Origin: Sinorhizobium meliloti
GTDB lineage: Bacteria; Pseudomonadota; Alphaproteobacteria; Rhizobiales; Rhizobiaceae
DNA: 32,000 nt
Assembly: GCF_017876815.1 (NCBI RefSeq)
Contig: NZ_JAGIOS010000003.1
Location: 360,001 to 392,000, forward strand
Direction: 5' to 3'
Numbering within the stretch: the first letter of the stretch is position 1; every line of letters starts with the position of its first letter. The position numbers and the translations under genes were made by a program. This document shows positions 9,030 through 18,875 of this stretch, in pieces. Below the pieces are notes generated by a model. The model saw only the letters and a list, made by a program, of their open reading frames with translations, did not search any database and was not told the DNA's origin.

Positions 9030-9947
9030 ATGATGCTCGGCTATATCGGCCGGCGGGCATATCACAGCGTAATTTCGGTGATCGGCCTGCTGACGCTCGT
9101 CTTCTTCCTCACGCGTTTGACCGGTGATCCGTCGGCGCTCTACCTGCCGCTCGATTCAAGTCTCGAGGCGCGCCAGGCCTTTGCACGCCTGAACGGCCTG
9201 GACCAGCCGATCTACGTGCAGTTCTTCCAGTACCTGCAAAACCTCATGTCCCTGGATTTCGGCCAGTCCCCGCGACAGAACCGGTCGGCGATCGAGGTGG
9301 CTCTCGAGGCCTTTCCGGCCACGCTGAAGCTCGCCTTGGTCGCAATGTCGCTCGCGACCGTGCTGGCCATCGTCGTCGGCGCGCTGGCCGCCGCCCGTCC
9401 CGGTAGCCTTTTCGACCGCATCGCCGGCCTCGTTTCGCTGGCGGGAGCGAGCACCCCCGATTTCTGGATCGCGATCGTCGGCATTCTCGTCTTTGCGGTC
9501 GGGCTCGGCATGTTGCCGACGTCGGGTACGGGCACTGCCCTGCACTGGATCATGCCGATCGCCGTCCTGATGTTGCGCCCATTCGGGCTGCTGGTCCAGG
9601 TGGTGCGTGGCACGATGATCTCCGCGCTCGCCTCGCCCTTTATCAAGACCGCCCACGCCAAGGGCATGAAGCGTCGCAAGATCATCTTCGGTCACGCGCT
9701 CAGGAACTCGCTGCTGCCGGTGATCACCGTCGCCGGTGACCTGGCGACCGGGCTGATCAACGGTGCTGTCGTCGTCGAGACGATCTTCGGCTGGCCGGGC
9801 ATCGGCAAACTGATGATCGATTCGATCATCCAGCGCGATTTTGCCGTGGTGCAATCGACGATCCTCGTCACGGCAATCGCCATTTTCATCGTCAACATCG
9901 CGATCGACCTGCTCTACGCAGTGCTCGATCCTCGCATCCGCTACTGA
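9030..9947 (+). CDS. ABC transporter permease (DppB/OppB-like)
   Basis: ORF 9000..9947. Preferred start is ATG 9030 (MMLGYIGRR). Multiple TM segments. The conserved loop is AKGMKRRKIIFGHALRNSLLPV. Confidence 0.9.
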   Translation: MMLGYIGRRAYHSVISVIGLLTLVFFLTRLTGDPSALYLPLDSSLEARQAFARLNGLDQPIYVQFFQYLQNLMSLDFGQSPRQNRSAIEVALEAFPATLKLALVAMSLATVLAIVVGALAAARPGSLFDRIAGLVSLAGASTPDFWIAIVGILVFAVGLGMLPTSGTGTALHWIMPIAVLMLRPFGLLVQVVRGTMISALASPFIKTAHAKGMKRRKIIFGHALRNSLLPVITVAGDLATGLINGAVVVETIFGWPGIGKLMIDSIIQRDFAVVQSTILVTAIAIFIVNIAIDLLYAVLDPRIRY

Positions 9948-9959
9948 AGGGAGGCGACA

Positions 9960-10877
9960 ATGACCGACCTGGCATTGCCATCCGTAAGATCGCCCGGAGC
10001 CCTGCGGCAGCTTGCAATCTATCTCACCCGGGACAAGCTGGCGCTCTGCGCAGCCGTATTTCTGCTCGTGCTCATCGTCTGCGTGCTTGTCGGGCCGCTC
10101 TTCGTCGGCGAACTTGCCGGCAAGCTCGGGCTCAGGCAGCGCAACCTGCCGCCCTTCGCACTGGAGCACGGGTTCATCTACATTCTGGGAGCCGACACGC
10201 TCGGGCGGCCGATCCTGGCGCGGCTGATCGTCGGGGCGCAGAACACGCTCGGCATCGCGGCCGCCGCCGTCTTCTGCTCCATGGCTTTAGGCGGCATCCT
10301 CGGACTTGCCGCCGGCTATTCGGAGCGCTGGTATAGTCACGTCATCCTGCGGCTTGCCGATGTGGTGATGAGCTTTCCCTCGCTGCTGCTCGCATTGATC
10401 GTGCTCTATACGCTCGGTCCCAGCATGACGAACCTGGTGATCGTGCTGGCGATTACCCGCATGCCCATCTTCATCCGCACGGCGCGGGCCGAGGTTCTCG
10501 AACTGCGCGAGCGCATGTTCGTGAGTGCCGCGCGCTCCATGGGCGCAAGTACGGGACGCATCCTGTTCCGTCACATCGCGCCGCTCGTGTTGCCGACGCT
10601 GGTGACGATCGCGGCCATCGATTTCGCCACCGTCATCCTGGCCGAATCCTCCCTCAGCTTCCTCGGGCTCGGCATTCAGCCTCCGGATTTCACCTGGGGC
10701 GCTATGGTGGCCAACGGCCGCGGCTATCTGAAGACGGCGTGGTGGATCGCTTTCTGGCCGGGGCTCGCGATCCTGCTGACGACGCTTTCCTTAAACATTC
10801 TCGCCAGCTGGGCGCGGACCGTCGCCGATCCGCTGCAGCGCTGGCGTCTGCAATCGCTGCGAAAGGCCCCGCGATGA
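9960..10877 (+). CDS. ABC transporter permease (DppC/OppC-like)
   Basis: 305 aa. RBS gggagg. The loop SAARSMGASTGRILFRHIAPLVLP is typical of DppC-type permeases. Confidence 0.9.
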   Translation: MTDLALPSVRSPGALRQLAIYLTRDKLALCAAVFLLVLIVCVLVGPLFVGELAGKLGLRQRNLPPFALEHGFIYILGADTLGRPILARLIVGAQNTLGIAAAAVFCSMALGGILGLAAGYSERWYSHVILRLADVVMSFPSLLLALIVLYTLGPSMTNLVIVLAITRMPIFIRTARAEVLELRERMFVSAARSMGASTGRILFRHIAPLVLPTLVTIAAIDFATVILAESSLSFLGLGIQPPDFTWGAMVANGRGYLKTAWWIAFWPGLAILLTTLSLNILASWARTVADPLQRWRLQSLRKAPR

Positions 10878-12526
10878 ACGCGCCGGACAAACCCATTCTG
10901 CGGATCGACAAACTCACGGTCGACTTCCTGTCCGAAGGCGATCCCGTGCGTGCCGTCGATGACGTCTCGTTCGATGTCTGTCCGGGCGAAACCCTCGTCA
11001 TCCTCGGTGAGAGTGGATCGGGAAAGAGCGTCAGCACCGGAACGGTCATGGGGCTGATCGACTGTCCGCCGGGCGACATCGTCTCGGGCTCGCTGGTTTT
11101 CGACGGCACCGACCTTTCCCGCCTCGATGACGAAGGCCGGCGTGAACTGAACGGCCGCCGCATCGCCATGATCTTCCAGGACCCGCTGGCCTATCTCAAC
11201 CCGGTCTACACCGTCGGCAGGCAGATCGCCGAGGTGTTCGAGAGCCATGGGGAAGGCGAGGGCGGTGCGGTGCGCGACAAGGTCGTTCGGCTGCTCGAAC
11301 GGGTCGGAATTCCGGAAGCGGACGAGCGGATCGACTATTATCCGCACCAGTTCTCGGGCGGACAGAGGCAGCGCGTGATGATCGCCATGGCGATCGCGCT
11401 GAAGCCGGATATTCTGATCGCCGACGAGCCGACTACGGCACTCGACGTCAGCGTTCAGGCACAGATCCTGGAACTCCTGCGGGACCTGCAGCGCGAGACC
11501 GGCATGGCTCTGATCATGATCACCCATGATCTCGAGGTCGCCGCGGCCATGGCGGATCGGATCATCGTAATGAACGGCGGCAAGGTGGTGGAGAGCGGCA
11601 AGGCCGAGGACGTCTTTACCAATCCGAGCCACGCCTATACCCGCCGGCTGATGTCGGCCGTGCCCCATGCCGACGCGCCGAAAGCGCCTCGGAATGCCGC
11701 ACAAGGCGAGGTCCTGTTGCAGGTCGCCCATTTGAGCAAGCATTACAAGCTGGGGTCCGGCCCGTTCTCGCCCAAGCGGGAGTTCAGGGCCGTGGACGAT
11801 GTCAGTTTCACGCTTCGTCGTGGGGAAACCGTCGGGATCGTCGGCGAGTCCGGTTCGGGTAAATCCAGCATTGCACGCATGCTGCTGAGACTGAACGAGC
11901 CGACATCGGGCGCGGCACTCTTTGCCGGCGAGGACATTTTCGAGCTCAAGGGCAAGGCGCTCGATGGTTTCCGCCGAAGGGTGCAGATGGTGTTCCAGGA
12001 TCCGTTCGGGTCGATGAACCCGCGCATGAACGTCCGTTCGATCATATCCGAGCCTTGGGCGATCCACAGGGACATTCTGCCGCGCGAACGCTGGAACGAG
12101 CGGGTCGTGGAGCTGCTGGAGCTTGTCGGCCTGAAGGCAGAGCATGCTGCACGGCATCCGCATCAGTTTTCGGGCGGGCAGCGGCAGCGCATCGCCATTG
12201 CCCGGGCGCTCGCCAGCGAACCCGAGCTGATCGTCTGCGACGAGGCGGTCTCGGCGCTCGACGTGTCGATCCAGATGCAGATCATCGAGCTTCTGGCTGA
12301 TCTGCGCCTGCGCCTCGGCCTCTCTTACGTCTTCATTACCCACGATCTGGCCATCGTGCGCCAATTCGCCGACCGGATCCTGGTGATGCAGCGCGGCAGG
12401 ATCGTCGAGGAAGGCGAGACCGAAGCCCTTTTCGTCTCGCCTCAGCACGAATATACGCAAGCTCTGCTGAGGGCCGTCCCGCAGCCGAAGTGGTTGCGGA
12501 GCGATCCGGCGCCGATCGCAGGGTAG
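10874..12526 (+). CDS. fused double ATP-binding protein of the Dpp/Opp-type ABC importer
   Basis: ORF 10739..12526. Preferred start is ATG 10874 ([11 protein letters not shown]), overlapping the upstream stop as ATGA. Two Walker A motifs (GESGSGKS twice) and two ABC signatures (FSGGQRQR twice). Confidence 0.9.
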   Translation: MNAPDKPILRIDKLTVDFLSEGDPVRAVDDVSFDVCPGETLVILGESGSGKSVSTGTVMGLIDCPPGDIVSGSLVFDGTDLSRLDDEGRRELNGRRIAMIFQDPLAYLNPVYTVGRQIAEVFESHGEGEGGAVRDKVVRLLERVGIPEADERIDYYPHQFSGGQRQRVMIAMAIALKPDILIADEPTTALDVSVQAQILELLRDLQRETGMALIMITHDLEVAAAMADRIIVMNGGKVVESGKAEDVFTNPSHAYTRRLMSAVPHADAPKAPRNAAQGEVLLQVAHLSKHYKLGSGPFSPKREFRAVDDVSFTLRRGETVGIVGESGSGKSSIARMLLRLNEPTSGAALFAGEDIFELKGKALDGFRRRVQMVFQDPFGSMNPRMNVRSIISEPWAIHRDILPRERWNERVVELLELVGLKAEHAARHPHQFSGGQRQRIAIARALASEPELIVCDEAVSALDVSIQMQIIELLADLRLRLGLSYVFITHDLAIVRQFADRILVMQRGRIVEEGETEALFVSPQHEYTQALLRAVPQPKWLRSDPAPIAG

Positions 12527-12551
12527 AGCATTTCCGGGAAAGTTTGAAACC

Positions 12552-12577
12552 GTATCCGGTCGGGTCCGGCCGGATAC
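12552..12577 (+). terminator. hairpin after the ABC ATPase gene (GTATCCGG ... CCGGATAC)
   Basis: 8-bp perfect stem, 12552..12559 pairing with 12570..12577, with a 10-nt GC-rich loop. No T-tract follows. Confidence 0.4.
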
Positions 12578-12629
12578 TCCGGTGCGCTGTCCCCGAGCGC
12601 TTGACGCAAGTCTCCTGCAGTGAATATAC

Positions 12630-12645
12630 CGCACTAACCAGTTAC
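12630..12645 (-). promoter_or_regulatory. island operator copy A: GTAACTGGTTAGTGCG (read on the minus strand)
   Basis: Lies just downstream of a sigma70-like promoter: CTTGAC 12600..12605, then ATATAC about 17 nt later. It is 54 nt upstream of the VOC start. 15/16 identical to copy B. Confidence 0.55.
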
Positions 12646-12698
12646 ATATTTAACTGCGGTGTAGCTGTTGTTCCGAGCGATGACCGGGGAGGGGATCG

Positions 12699-13213
12699 AT
12701 GAGAGTTTTCGGCATGCAGCATATCGGCTTCACCGTGCCGCATCTGGAGGAGGCGGTTCGATTCTTCGAAGCTGCCTTCGGTGCCGTGACGTGTTTGGAG
12801 ACCGGACGCATCGAAGCCGACGACGCCTTCATGCAGAGAAGGCTCGGCGTGCCAGCCGGCTGCAGGATCGAGAACATAAAGGTTCTTCGAATTGGCAACG
12901 GCACCAATCTCGAACTTTTTCAATACTCGGGCGAGGAAGACGGCGAAGAGCCATTGAAGCGCAATAGTCAATCCGGCGGCTTTCACCTGGCGTTTGAGGT
13001 GGATGACTGCCACTCGGCCGCGGATCGGCTGCGGCAGGCGGGCGTCGACGTGCTGGAGGGGCCGACTTTCGTGGATGCCGGAGCGATGCAGGGTCTCACC
13101 TTTACCTGCGTGCGCCGTGGGGGCAGTTCCTCGAGCTCGTAAGCATGAACGGTGCGCTGGGCTATGAGCGGGCCGGTGGGCCGAAACAGTGGTCCCCGGT
13201 AACCGGAGAGTGA
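12699..13213 (+). pseudogene. VOC (glyoxalase/bleomycin-resistance/dioxygenase) family gene with an apparent 1-nt frameshift near codon 136
   Basis: The annotated ORF 12699..13142 ends ...GLTFTCVRRGGSSSSS*. From 13106 the adjacent frame reads LRAPWGQFLELVSMNGALGYERAGGPKQWSPVTGE* (stop 13211..13213). That is the expected conserved VOC C-terminus (compare ..SPWG.QLELVS...G.AYE, recalled from memory). Confidence 0.75.
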
Positions 13214-13260
13214 TTTCATCACCGATCGCAAGAAGGCCGTCGCCACGGAAAGGAGTGCGC

Positions 13261-14277
13261 TTGCCCCACGAGATAACGATCCCTGCAAAGCAGACGTTCC
13301 GACTCGACCGGTATGTGGACTTGCCGCTAAACTCCGGCGAAATCCGTGGGCGGACGGTTTGTACTTTGGTCAGCCCCGGAACCGAACTCGGCTGGGCGAA
13401 TGGCGATGTTTTTCCGATTCGGCCCGGCTATTCTGCCGTCTTCGAGGTGGAAGAGGTGGCGGACGGCGTGGATGGTATTCGGCCCGGTGAATTGCGTTTC
13501 GCGATGGGCATGCACCGAAGCACTCAGACGCATACGGCGCGGGACACGGTTCCATTGCCGGCCGGCTTGAGGCCCGAGATCGCCGTTCTCTCACGCCTCA
13601 TGGGCGTGTCGCTCACGAGCCTCATGACGACCAAGGCCCGGCCTGGCGATCACGTCGTTATCACTGGAGCCGGCCCGGTCGGTCTTCTCGCGGCGCAGCT
13701 CTTCAAGATTTCCGGTTACCGCGTGACCGTCGTCGATCCGGATCCTCTGAGAAGGGCGCAGCTCGCCAGTTGCGGCATCTCCGATTGCCGCGAGCGTGTC
13801 CCGCTTCAGTCGTCGCTTCAGGGGCAGGTCGCGCTCGTTCTCGATTGTTCCGGCCATGAAGGGGCCGTGCTCGACGCATGCCGCATCGTTCGCCGCCTGG
13901 GCGAGGTCGTCCTGGTCGGCGTTCCATGGCGCAAGCTGACCGAGATCTCCGCGCATGAGCTTCTGAACGCGGTTTTCTTCAATCTCGTGACCTTGCGGTC
14001 GGGCTGGGAATGGGAATTGCCGGTTCATGCCCGTGCATTCGAGTGGGAGGAACTGCTGGGCGGTTACAATAACGCGCGCCACAGCGTCTTCGGAGGGTTT
14101 GCCCGGGCGCTCGACTGGCTGGCAGAGGGAAGAATCGAACTCGGCGGACTGCTGCGCCGTGTTCCTCCGACCGATCCTGCCTCTCTCTACGCAGACATTG
14201 CCGCAAGACGTATCGAGGAACCGTTCATCGTCCTTGATTGGACCGATTTCGACGGACCCGACCTGAAGTCGTCGTGA
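13261..14277 (+). CDS. medium-chain dehydrogenase/reductase-like oxidoreductase lacking the classical zinc ligands
   Basis: ORF 13189..14277. Preferred start is TTG 13261, with aaaggag 5 nt upstream. Rossmann motif ITGAGPVGLLAAQ. VSPGTELG occupies the place of the usual Cys/His zinc motif, as in the BchC-like Zn-free MDR subgroup. Confidence 0.8.
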   Translation: MPHEITIPAKQTFRLDRYVDLPLNSGEIRGRTVCTLVSPGTELGWANGDVFPIRPGYSAVFEVEEVADGVDGIRPGELRFAMGMHRSTQTHTARDTVPLPAGLRPEIAVLSRLMGVSLTSLMTTKARPGDHVVITGAGPVGLLAAQLFKISGYRVTVVDPDPLRRAQLASCGISDCRERVPLQSSLQGQVALVLDCSGHEGAVLDACRIVRRLGEVVLVGVPWRKLTEISAHELLNAVFFNLVTLRSGWEWELPVHARAFEWEELLGGYNNARHSVFGGFARALDWLAEGRIELGGLLRRVPPTDPASLYADIAARRIEEPFIVLDWTDFDGPDLKSS

Positions 14278-14278
14278 T

Positions 14279-14938
14279 CTAAGCGCAAACCATGCGCATG
14301 ATGGTCTCTATGTTGAATTGAACGCGCTCTTCGAGCGCGTCTTTCGCCATCAGGTCACGCTCGAAAACGATCGAACCGGTGAAGCGGTTGGTGATGTAGT
14401 AATAGCCGATGGCCGCGATGGTGAGGTTCAGTTGGACCGGGTCGATTCCCGGCCGGAAAACCCCTTCGGAAACGCCCCGCTCCAGCAGTTCCTTGACCAT
14501 GCCGACGAATTTTCGACTGGTTGCACGGACCACCTGGGACTTCTTCAAGTGCTTGGCGCGATGAAGGTTCTCGCTGTTGACCAGCGTTATGAACTCCGGG
14601 TGCTTCAGATAGTATTCCCAGGTGAAACGTACGAGCTTCTCGAGGGCAGCCTTGGGTTCAAGGTCATTGAGGTTGAGCTTTTGTTCCGCGGTCCGTATCC
14701 CGTTATAGGCGTCTTCGAGAACGGTCTGGAAGAGGTGGTCCTTGCCGTCGAAGTAGTGGTAAATCATCCGCTTGTTGGCGTTTGCCTTCTCGGCGATCAC
14801 GTCCACCCTGGCGCCCCCCAATCCGTTTTTCGCGAATTCTTTCTTCGCGGCCTCGAGGATGCGCGCCTTGGTTGCTTCGGCATCGCGTAGCCGTGGCTTC
14901 CCGGCTGCTTTCGCTTTCTGTGCACTCGTCGTTCTCAA
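14279..14938 (-). CDS. TetR/AcrR family transcriptional regulator
   Basis: 219 aa with a TTG start. N-terminal HTH is ILEAAKKEFAKNGLGGARVDVIAEKANANKRMIYHYF. Its stop codon is 1 nt from the stop of the convergent MDR gene. Divergent from the sugar ABC operon. Confidence 0.9.
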   Translation of the reverse strand: MRTTSAQKAKAAGKPRLRDAEATKARILEAAKKEFAKNGLGGARVDVIAEKANANKRMIYHYFDGKDHLFQTVLEDAYNGIRTAEQKLNLNDLEPKAALEKLVRFTWEYYLKHPEFITLVNSENLHRAKHLKKSQVVRATSRKFVGMVKELLERGVSEGVFRPGIDPVQLNLTIAAIGYYYITNRFTGSIVFERDLMAKDALEERVQFNIETIMRMVCA

Positions 14939-15075
14939 GGTCTGACCTTCACGCGTTCATGGCTTGTGTTGTCCGACTCATACACGCCTGCCGGTATAGC
15001 CGTCAAAGCCGCCTGCCGAGATGGTCGGCTTGATGAAAATATATGAAAACCCTTGACTCATGCAACACTAAACAA

Positions 15076-15091
15076 GTAACTAGTTAGTGCG
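15076..15091 (+). promoter_or_regulatory. island operator copy B: GTAACTAGTTAGTGCG (contains the palindrome TAACTAGTTA)
   Basis: Located in the tetR / ABC divergent intergenic region. It starts 17 nt after CTTGACT (15052..15058), so it overlaps the -10 position. Confidence 0.55.
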
Positions 15092-15193
15092 TTAACGGTA
15101 GTGGCGGCGGAAGAAGGGTGCGGGCGGGGAATGATCATTCTCCTCCATGAAGCCGTCGGTGCCGGACACTCAACTGCATTGGGAGGAATGCGA

Positions 15194-16306
15194 ATGTCGA
15201 CATTCATCAAGAACTTCATCGAGCGTGAGACGATCAGCCGTCGTCACTTTCTGCTTGCCTCGGCCGCAGGTCTGGGGGCAGCGGTCCTGCCAAACCCGTT
15301 TGGCGGCGGCGCGCGCGCTGCATTGACGGATCCCGCGATCGCCTGGAGCTATCGCGACCGCGCTTCGGCCTATTGGAACTCGGTCGTCTCCGGCGGCGAA
15401 GCATTCGTCGAATCGCTCGGCAAGCCGAAGAGCGCGCTCGTAAGTCTGATCAACGAAGGATCATCCGAGAAATCTCTGGCCGACATCAAGGCCTTCCTTG
15501 CCAAGAACAATGGAAATTGCGCCCTGGCCTGCGATGCCAATGACAGCCCGAATGCGCGGCCGATCGTGGAGGCGGTGGCGGCTGCGGGCGGCTACATCTC
15601 CACGATCTGGAACAAGACCGATGATCTCCATCCATGGGATTTCGGCGACAACTACGTGTCGCACATGACCTGGTCGGACGAGAAGCCCGCCGAAGAGACC
15701 GCGCGCATCCTGTTCGAAGCCATGGGCGGCGAGGGCGGTGTCGTCCACCTGGGCGGCATTGCCGCCAACAACCCTGCGGTCGAGCGGCTCAACGGTCTGA
15801 AGAATGCGCTGAAGGACTTTCCCAACATCGAACTGCTCGACGCGCAGCCGGCGGACTGGGACACGCAGAAGGGCGCGGCTTTGATGTCATCCTTCCTGAC
15901 CCGCTATGGCGACAGGATCAAGGGCGTGCATTGCGCCAACGACAACATCGCCTACGGCGTCATCGAGGCGCTGCGCGCCGAAGGCATCGAGGGCATGCCG
16001 ATCGTGTCCTATGACGGCAATCCCGAAGCGGTGCAGATGGTCATGGACGGCCAGCTGCTCGCGACGGTCTTCACCAATCCGCACTGGGGCGGTGGCATCA
16101 CGTCGGCGCTCGCCTACCATGCGGCAACCGGCAGCTTCAAGCCGTCGGAAGAGCCGAAAGAACATCGCGAGTTCTACGGACCGACCGTCCTGGTCAGCAA
16201 GAAGGATGCCGAGGAGTTCAAGGCCAAATATCTGGATTCGGTACCGAAATACGATTGGGCCGACTTCTGGGGTCCCTCGAACGGACAAATTCAGTATCGG
16301 TCCTGA
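15194..16306 (+). CDS. sugar/polyol ABC transporter substrate-binding protein with a twin-arginine signal
   Basis: ORF 15101..16306. Preferred start is ATG 15194 (MSTFIKNFIERETISRRHFLLASAAGLGAAVLP), with gggagga 6 nt upstream. Periplasmic-binding-protein type I (ribose/LacI-like) body. ATG 15188 is an alternative start. Confidence 0.9.
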   Translation: MSTFIKNFIERETISRRHFLLASAAGLGAAVLPNPFGGGARAALTDPAIAWSYRDRASAYWNSVVSGGEAFVESLGKPKSALVSLINEGSSEKSLADIKAFLAKNNGNCALACDANDSPNARPIVEAVAAAGGYISTIWNKTDDLHPWDFGDNYVSHMTWSDEKPAEETARILFEAMGGEGGVVHLGGIAANNPAVERLNGLKNALKDFPNIELLDAQPADWDTQKGAALMSSFLTRYGDRIKGVHCANDNIAYGVIEALRAEGIEGMPIVSYDGNPEAVQMVMDGQLLATVFTNPHWGGGITSALAYHAATGSFKPSEEPKEHREFYGPTVLVSKKDAEEFKAKYLDSVPKYDWADFWGPSNGQIQYRS

Positions 16307-16380
16307 CCCTCTTTCCGGGGACGGCGCACAGCTGACCGTCCCCGATATTCCTATCCGAGACCCTGCGAAAGGTGCCCATC

Positions 16381-17346
16381 GTGACCCGGCCCATATCGCG
16401 CGAGACCCTGATCAAATGGGCGCCCCTTCTGGTGCTCATCGCGCTTGTGATCTTCTTTACGGTTTTAAACCCGACATTCTTCTCGGCCCGCAACTTCGCG
16501 CGCATCGCCATCGCATCCGCCCCCGCCTTGATGGTGGCCGTGGGCGTGACTTTCATCATCATCATGGGCTCGATCGACCTTTCCATGGAAGGTGTCATCT
16601 CGCTTACGGCCGTGCTCTTCTCCTTTGCCTTCATAAAGCTCGGCGGCACCTTGCTGGGCACGGCGTGGCTCGCCCTTCCGCTGATCCTGATCATAGGCGG
16701 GCTCATAGGCTTCCTGAACGGCCTGGTCCACGTCAAACTGCGGGTACCCTCGTTCATGGCGAGCCTCGCGATGGGCTTCGTCGGAACCGGCGCGGCAATT
16801 CTGATCACCGGCGGCGACATAGTGAGGGTCAGCGATCCGGCGTTCCGTGGCCTCTTGACCGTCAGATGGCTTGGCTTCCCGCTCATGGTGTACGTGGCCG
16901 CCGTATTCCTGATCGTGGCCTGGTTCATCCAGGAGCACACGAGGCTCGGCCGCAACTTCTATGCGGTCGGCGGCGGAGAAGAGCTGGCGCATGCCTCGGG
17001 CCTCGACGTCAGCCGCGTGCGGATCGCCGGCTTTGCGCTTGCAGGCGTGTTTTACGCGATCGCGGCAGTCCTCGTCGTCGCACGCATCGGTCAAGCGGAG
17101 TCGGTGACGGGTTCCAATTTCATGTTCGTATCGATCACCTCCGTCGTCGTCGGCGGAGTGGCTCTGTGGGGCGGCATCGGCGGCGTGTGGAATGCGCTGA
17201 TAGGCGTCCTGATCGTCGGCGTCATCAACAACGGCATGGTGGTCATCGGTCTGCCGGATTTCCTTCAGGACGGAGTTCTGGGCCTCCTCGTCATCCTTGC
17301 CGTCGTGCTGTCGACCGATCGCAAGCTGGTCTCTTTCGTGAAGTGA
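16381..17346 (+). CDS. monosaccharide-type ABC transporter permease 1
   Basis: ORF 16372..17346. GTG 16381 has better spacing from gaaagg than GTG 16372. Highly hydrophobic RbsC/BPD_transp_2-like sequence. Confidence 0.9.
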   Translation: MTRPISRETLIKWAPLLVLIALVIFFTVLNPTFFSARNFARIAIASAPALMVAVGVTFIIIMGSIDLSMEGVISLTAVLFSFAFIKLGGTLLGTAWLALPLILIIGGLIGFLNGLVHVKLRVPSFMASLAMGFVGTGAAILITGGDIVRVSDPAFRGLLTVRWLGFPLMVYVAAVFLIVAWFIQEHTRLGRNFYAVGGGEELAHASGLDVSRVRIAGFALAGVFYAIAAVLVVARIGQAESVTGSNFMFVSITSVVVGGVALWGGIGGVWNALIGVLIVGVINNGMVVIGLPDFLQDGVLGLLVILAVVLSTDRKLVSFVK

Positions 17347-17356
17347 GGGTGAGGAC

Positions 17357-18868
17357 ATGTACGAGCTGAAGTCCCTCGACAAGAAGTTTCCCGGCGTTCA
17401 TGCGCTCAAGGCGATCGACTTCCATATCAAGCGCGGCGAGATCGTCGGGCTGGTGGGAGAGAACGGCGCGGGAAAATCCACCCTGATGAAGGTGATCTAT
17501 GGCGCCTACCAGCCCGATGGCGGGCAGATCCTCATCAACGGCGATGCCGTGCGCTTCGCGAACCCCCGCCAGGCGATGGAAAAGGGGATCGGGATGGTGT
17601 TTCAGGAGCAGTCCCTGATCCCGAACCTGACGGTGATGGAGAACATTTTTCTCGGCTACGAGCAGCAGTTCGTCCGCCTCGGCGTCATCAACTGGAAGGA
17701 GATGGCCAAGGCCGCGAAAGCACAGCTTGCGAAGGTCAAGCTGGACATCGATCCTTCGACGGTCACATCGAAACTGTCCTTCGCTCAGCGTCAGCTGGTC
17801 GAACTCGCCAAGGTCCTCACACTCGAAGAGCGGGTCGACGGCGATCTCGTCATCCTCCTCGACGAGCCCACCTCGGTTCTGTCGAAGGACGAAGTCGAGC
17901 TTCTGTTCAAGCTCGTGCGCGAGCTCGTGACCCGTGCCTCCTTCATATTCGTCTCGCACCGAATGGACGAAGTCATGGAGCTGTCGGATCGGATCTACGT
18001 GATGAAGGACGGACAGGTGGTCGACGTCGTCGAGCGGGGCGGGGGCGGAGCCGATGCCGAATCGATCCAGCACAAGATGGTCGGGCGGAACGTCGACAAG
18101 CAATATTATCGGGAGCAGCTTCAAAAGCCCTACGATCCCTCGAGAGTCCTCGTCGAAATGTCCGGCATCGACCTGCCGGGCCGCACGAAGGATATCTCGC
18201 TCAGGCTTCACGCCGGTGAGGTCCTGTGCCTCGTCGGAACCGAAGGCTCGGGCCGTGAAGCGATCCTGCGCGCAATCTACGGCATGCTCAGCCCCACCGG
18301 CGGACGCCTGAAGATCAAGGGACGGGAGGTGAGGACATATTCGCCGCGTCAATCGGTCGGCCTCGGTGTCGGATATGTTCCGCGCGAGCGCAAGATCGAG
18401 GGCATCGTGGCGGGCATGAATGTCTACGAGAACATGACCCTCTCGCAGTTGAAGAAGCATTCGACGGCGAGCGTTCTGCAGGTCGGAAAGGAGCGCGCGC
18501 TCGCGCGGGAGTGGATCAGGAAGCTCTCCATCAAGGCCCATTCCGAGCTCGCCGACTGCGGCAACCTTTCAGGCGGCAACCAGCAGAAGGTCGTTCTCGC
18601 CAAATGGCGCTCCGCGGGCGCCGATATCATGCTCCTCGATCACCCGACGCGCGGTCTCGACATCGGGGCGAAGGAGGACGTCTACGAAATGATCCGCGCC
18701 ATGAGCGATGCGGGCGTCGGGATCGTCCTGGTGGCCGACACGCTCGAGGAAGCGATCGGACTCTCCCATACGATCGTCGTCGTCAAGGATGGCAGGATCC
18801 AGAAACGGTTCGATTGCGTGCCTGGCGCGAAGCCCTCCCTGTATGACCTCCTGCATTACATGATCTGA
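17357..18868 (+). CDS. sugar ABC transporter ATP-binding protein (two fused ABC domains)
   Basis: 503 aa. Walker A GENGAGKST, signature LSFAQRQ, and second-domain signature LSGGNQQK. RbsA/MglA-like architecture. Confidence 0.95.
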   Translation: MYELKSLDKKFPGVHALKAIDFHIKRGEIVGLVGENGAGKSTLMKVIYGAYQPDGGQILINGDAVRFANPRQAMEKGIGMVFQEQSLIPNLTVMENIFLGYEQQFVRLGVINWKEMAKAAKAQLAKVKLDIDPSTVTSKLSFAQRQLVELAKVLTLEERVDGDLVILLDEPTSVLSKDEVELLFKLVRELVTRASFIFVSHRMDEVMELSDRIYVMKDGQVVDVVERGGGGADAESIQHKMVGRNVDKQYYREQLQKPYDPSRVLVEMSGIDLPGRTKDISLRLHAGEVLCLVGTEGSGREAILRAIYGMLSPTGGRLKIKGREVRTYSPRQSVGLGVGYVPRERKIEGIVAGMNVYENMTLSQLKKHSTASVLQVGKERALAREWIRKLSIKAHSELADCGNLSGGNQQKVVLAKWRSAGADIMLLDHPTRGLDIGAKEDVYEMIRAMSDAGVGIVLVADTLEEAIGLSHTIVVVKDGRIQKRFDCVPGAKPSLYDLLHYMI

Positions 18869-18875
18869 GGATAAG

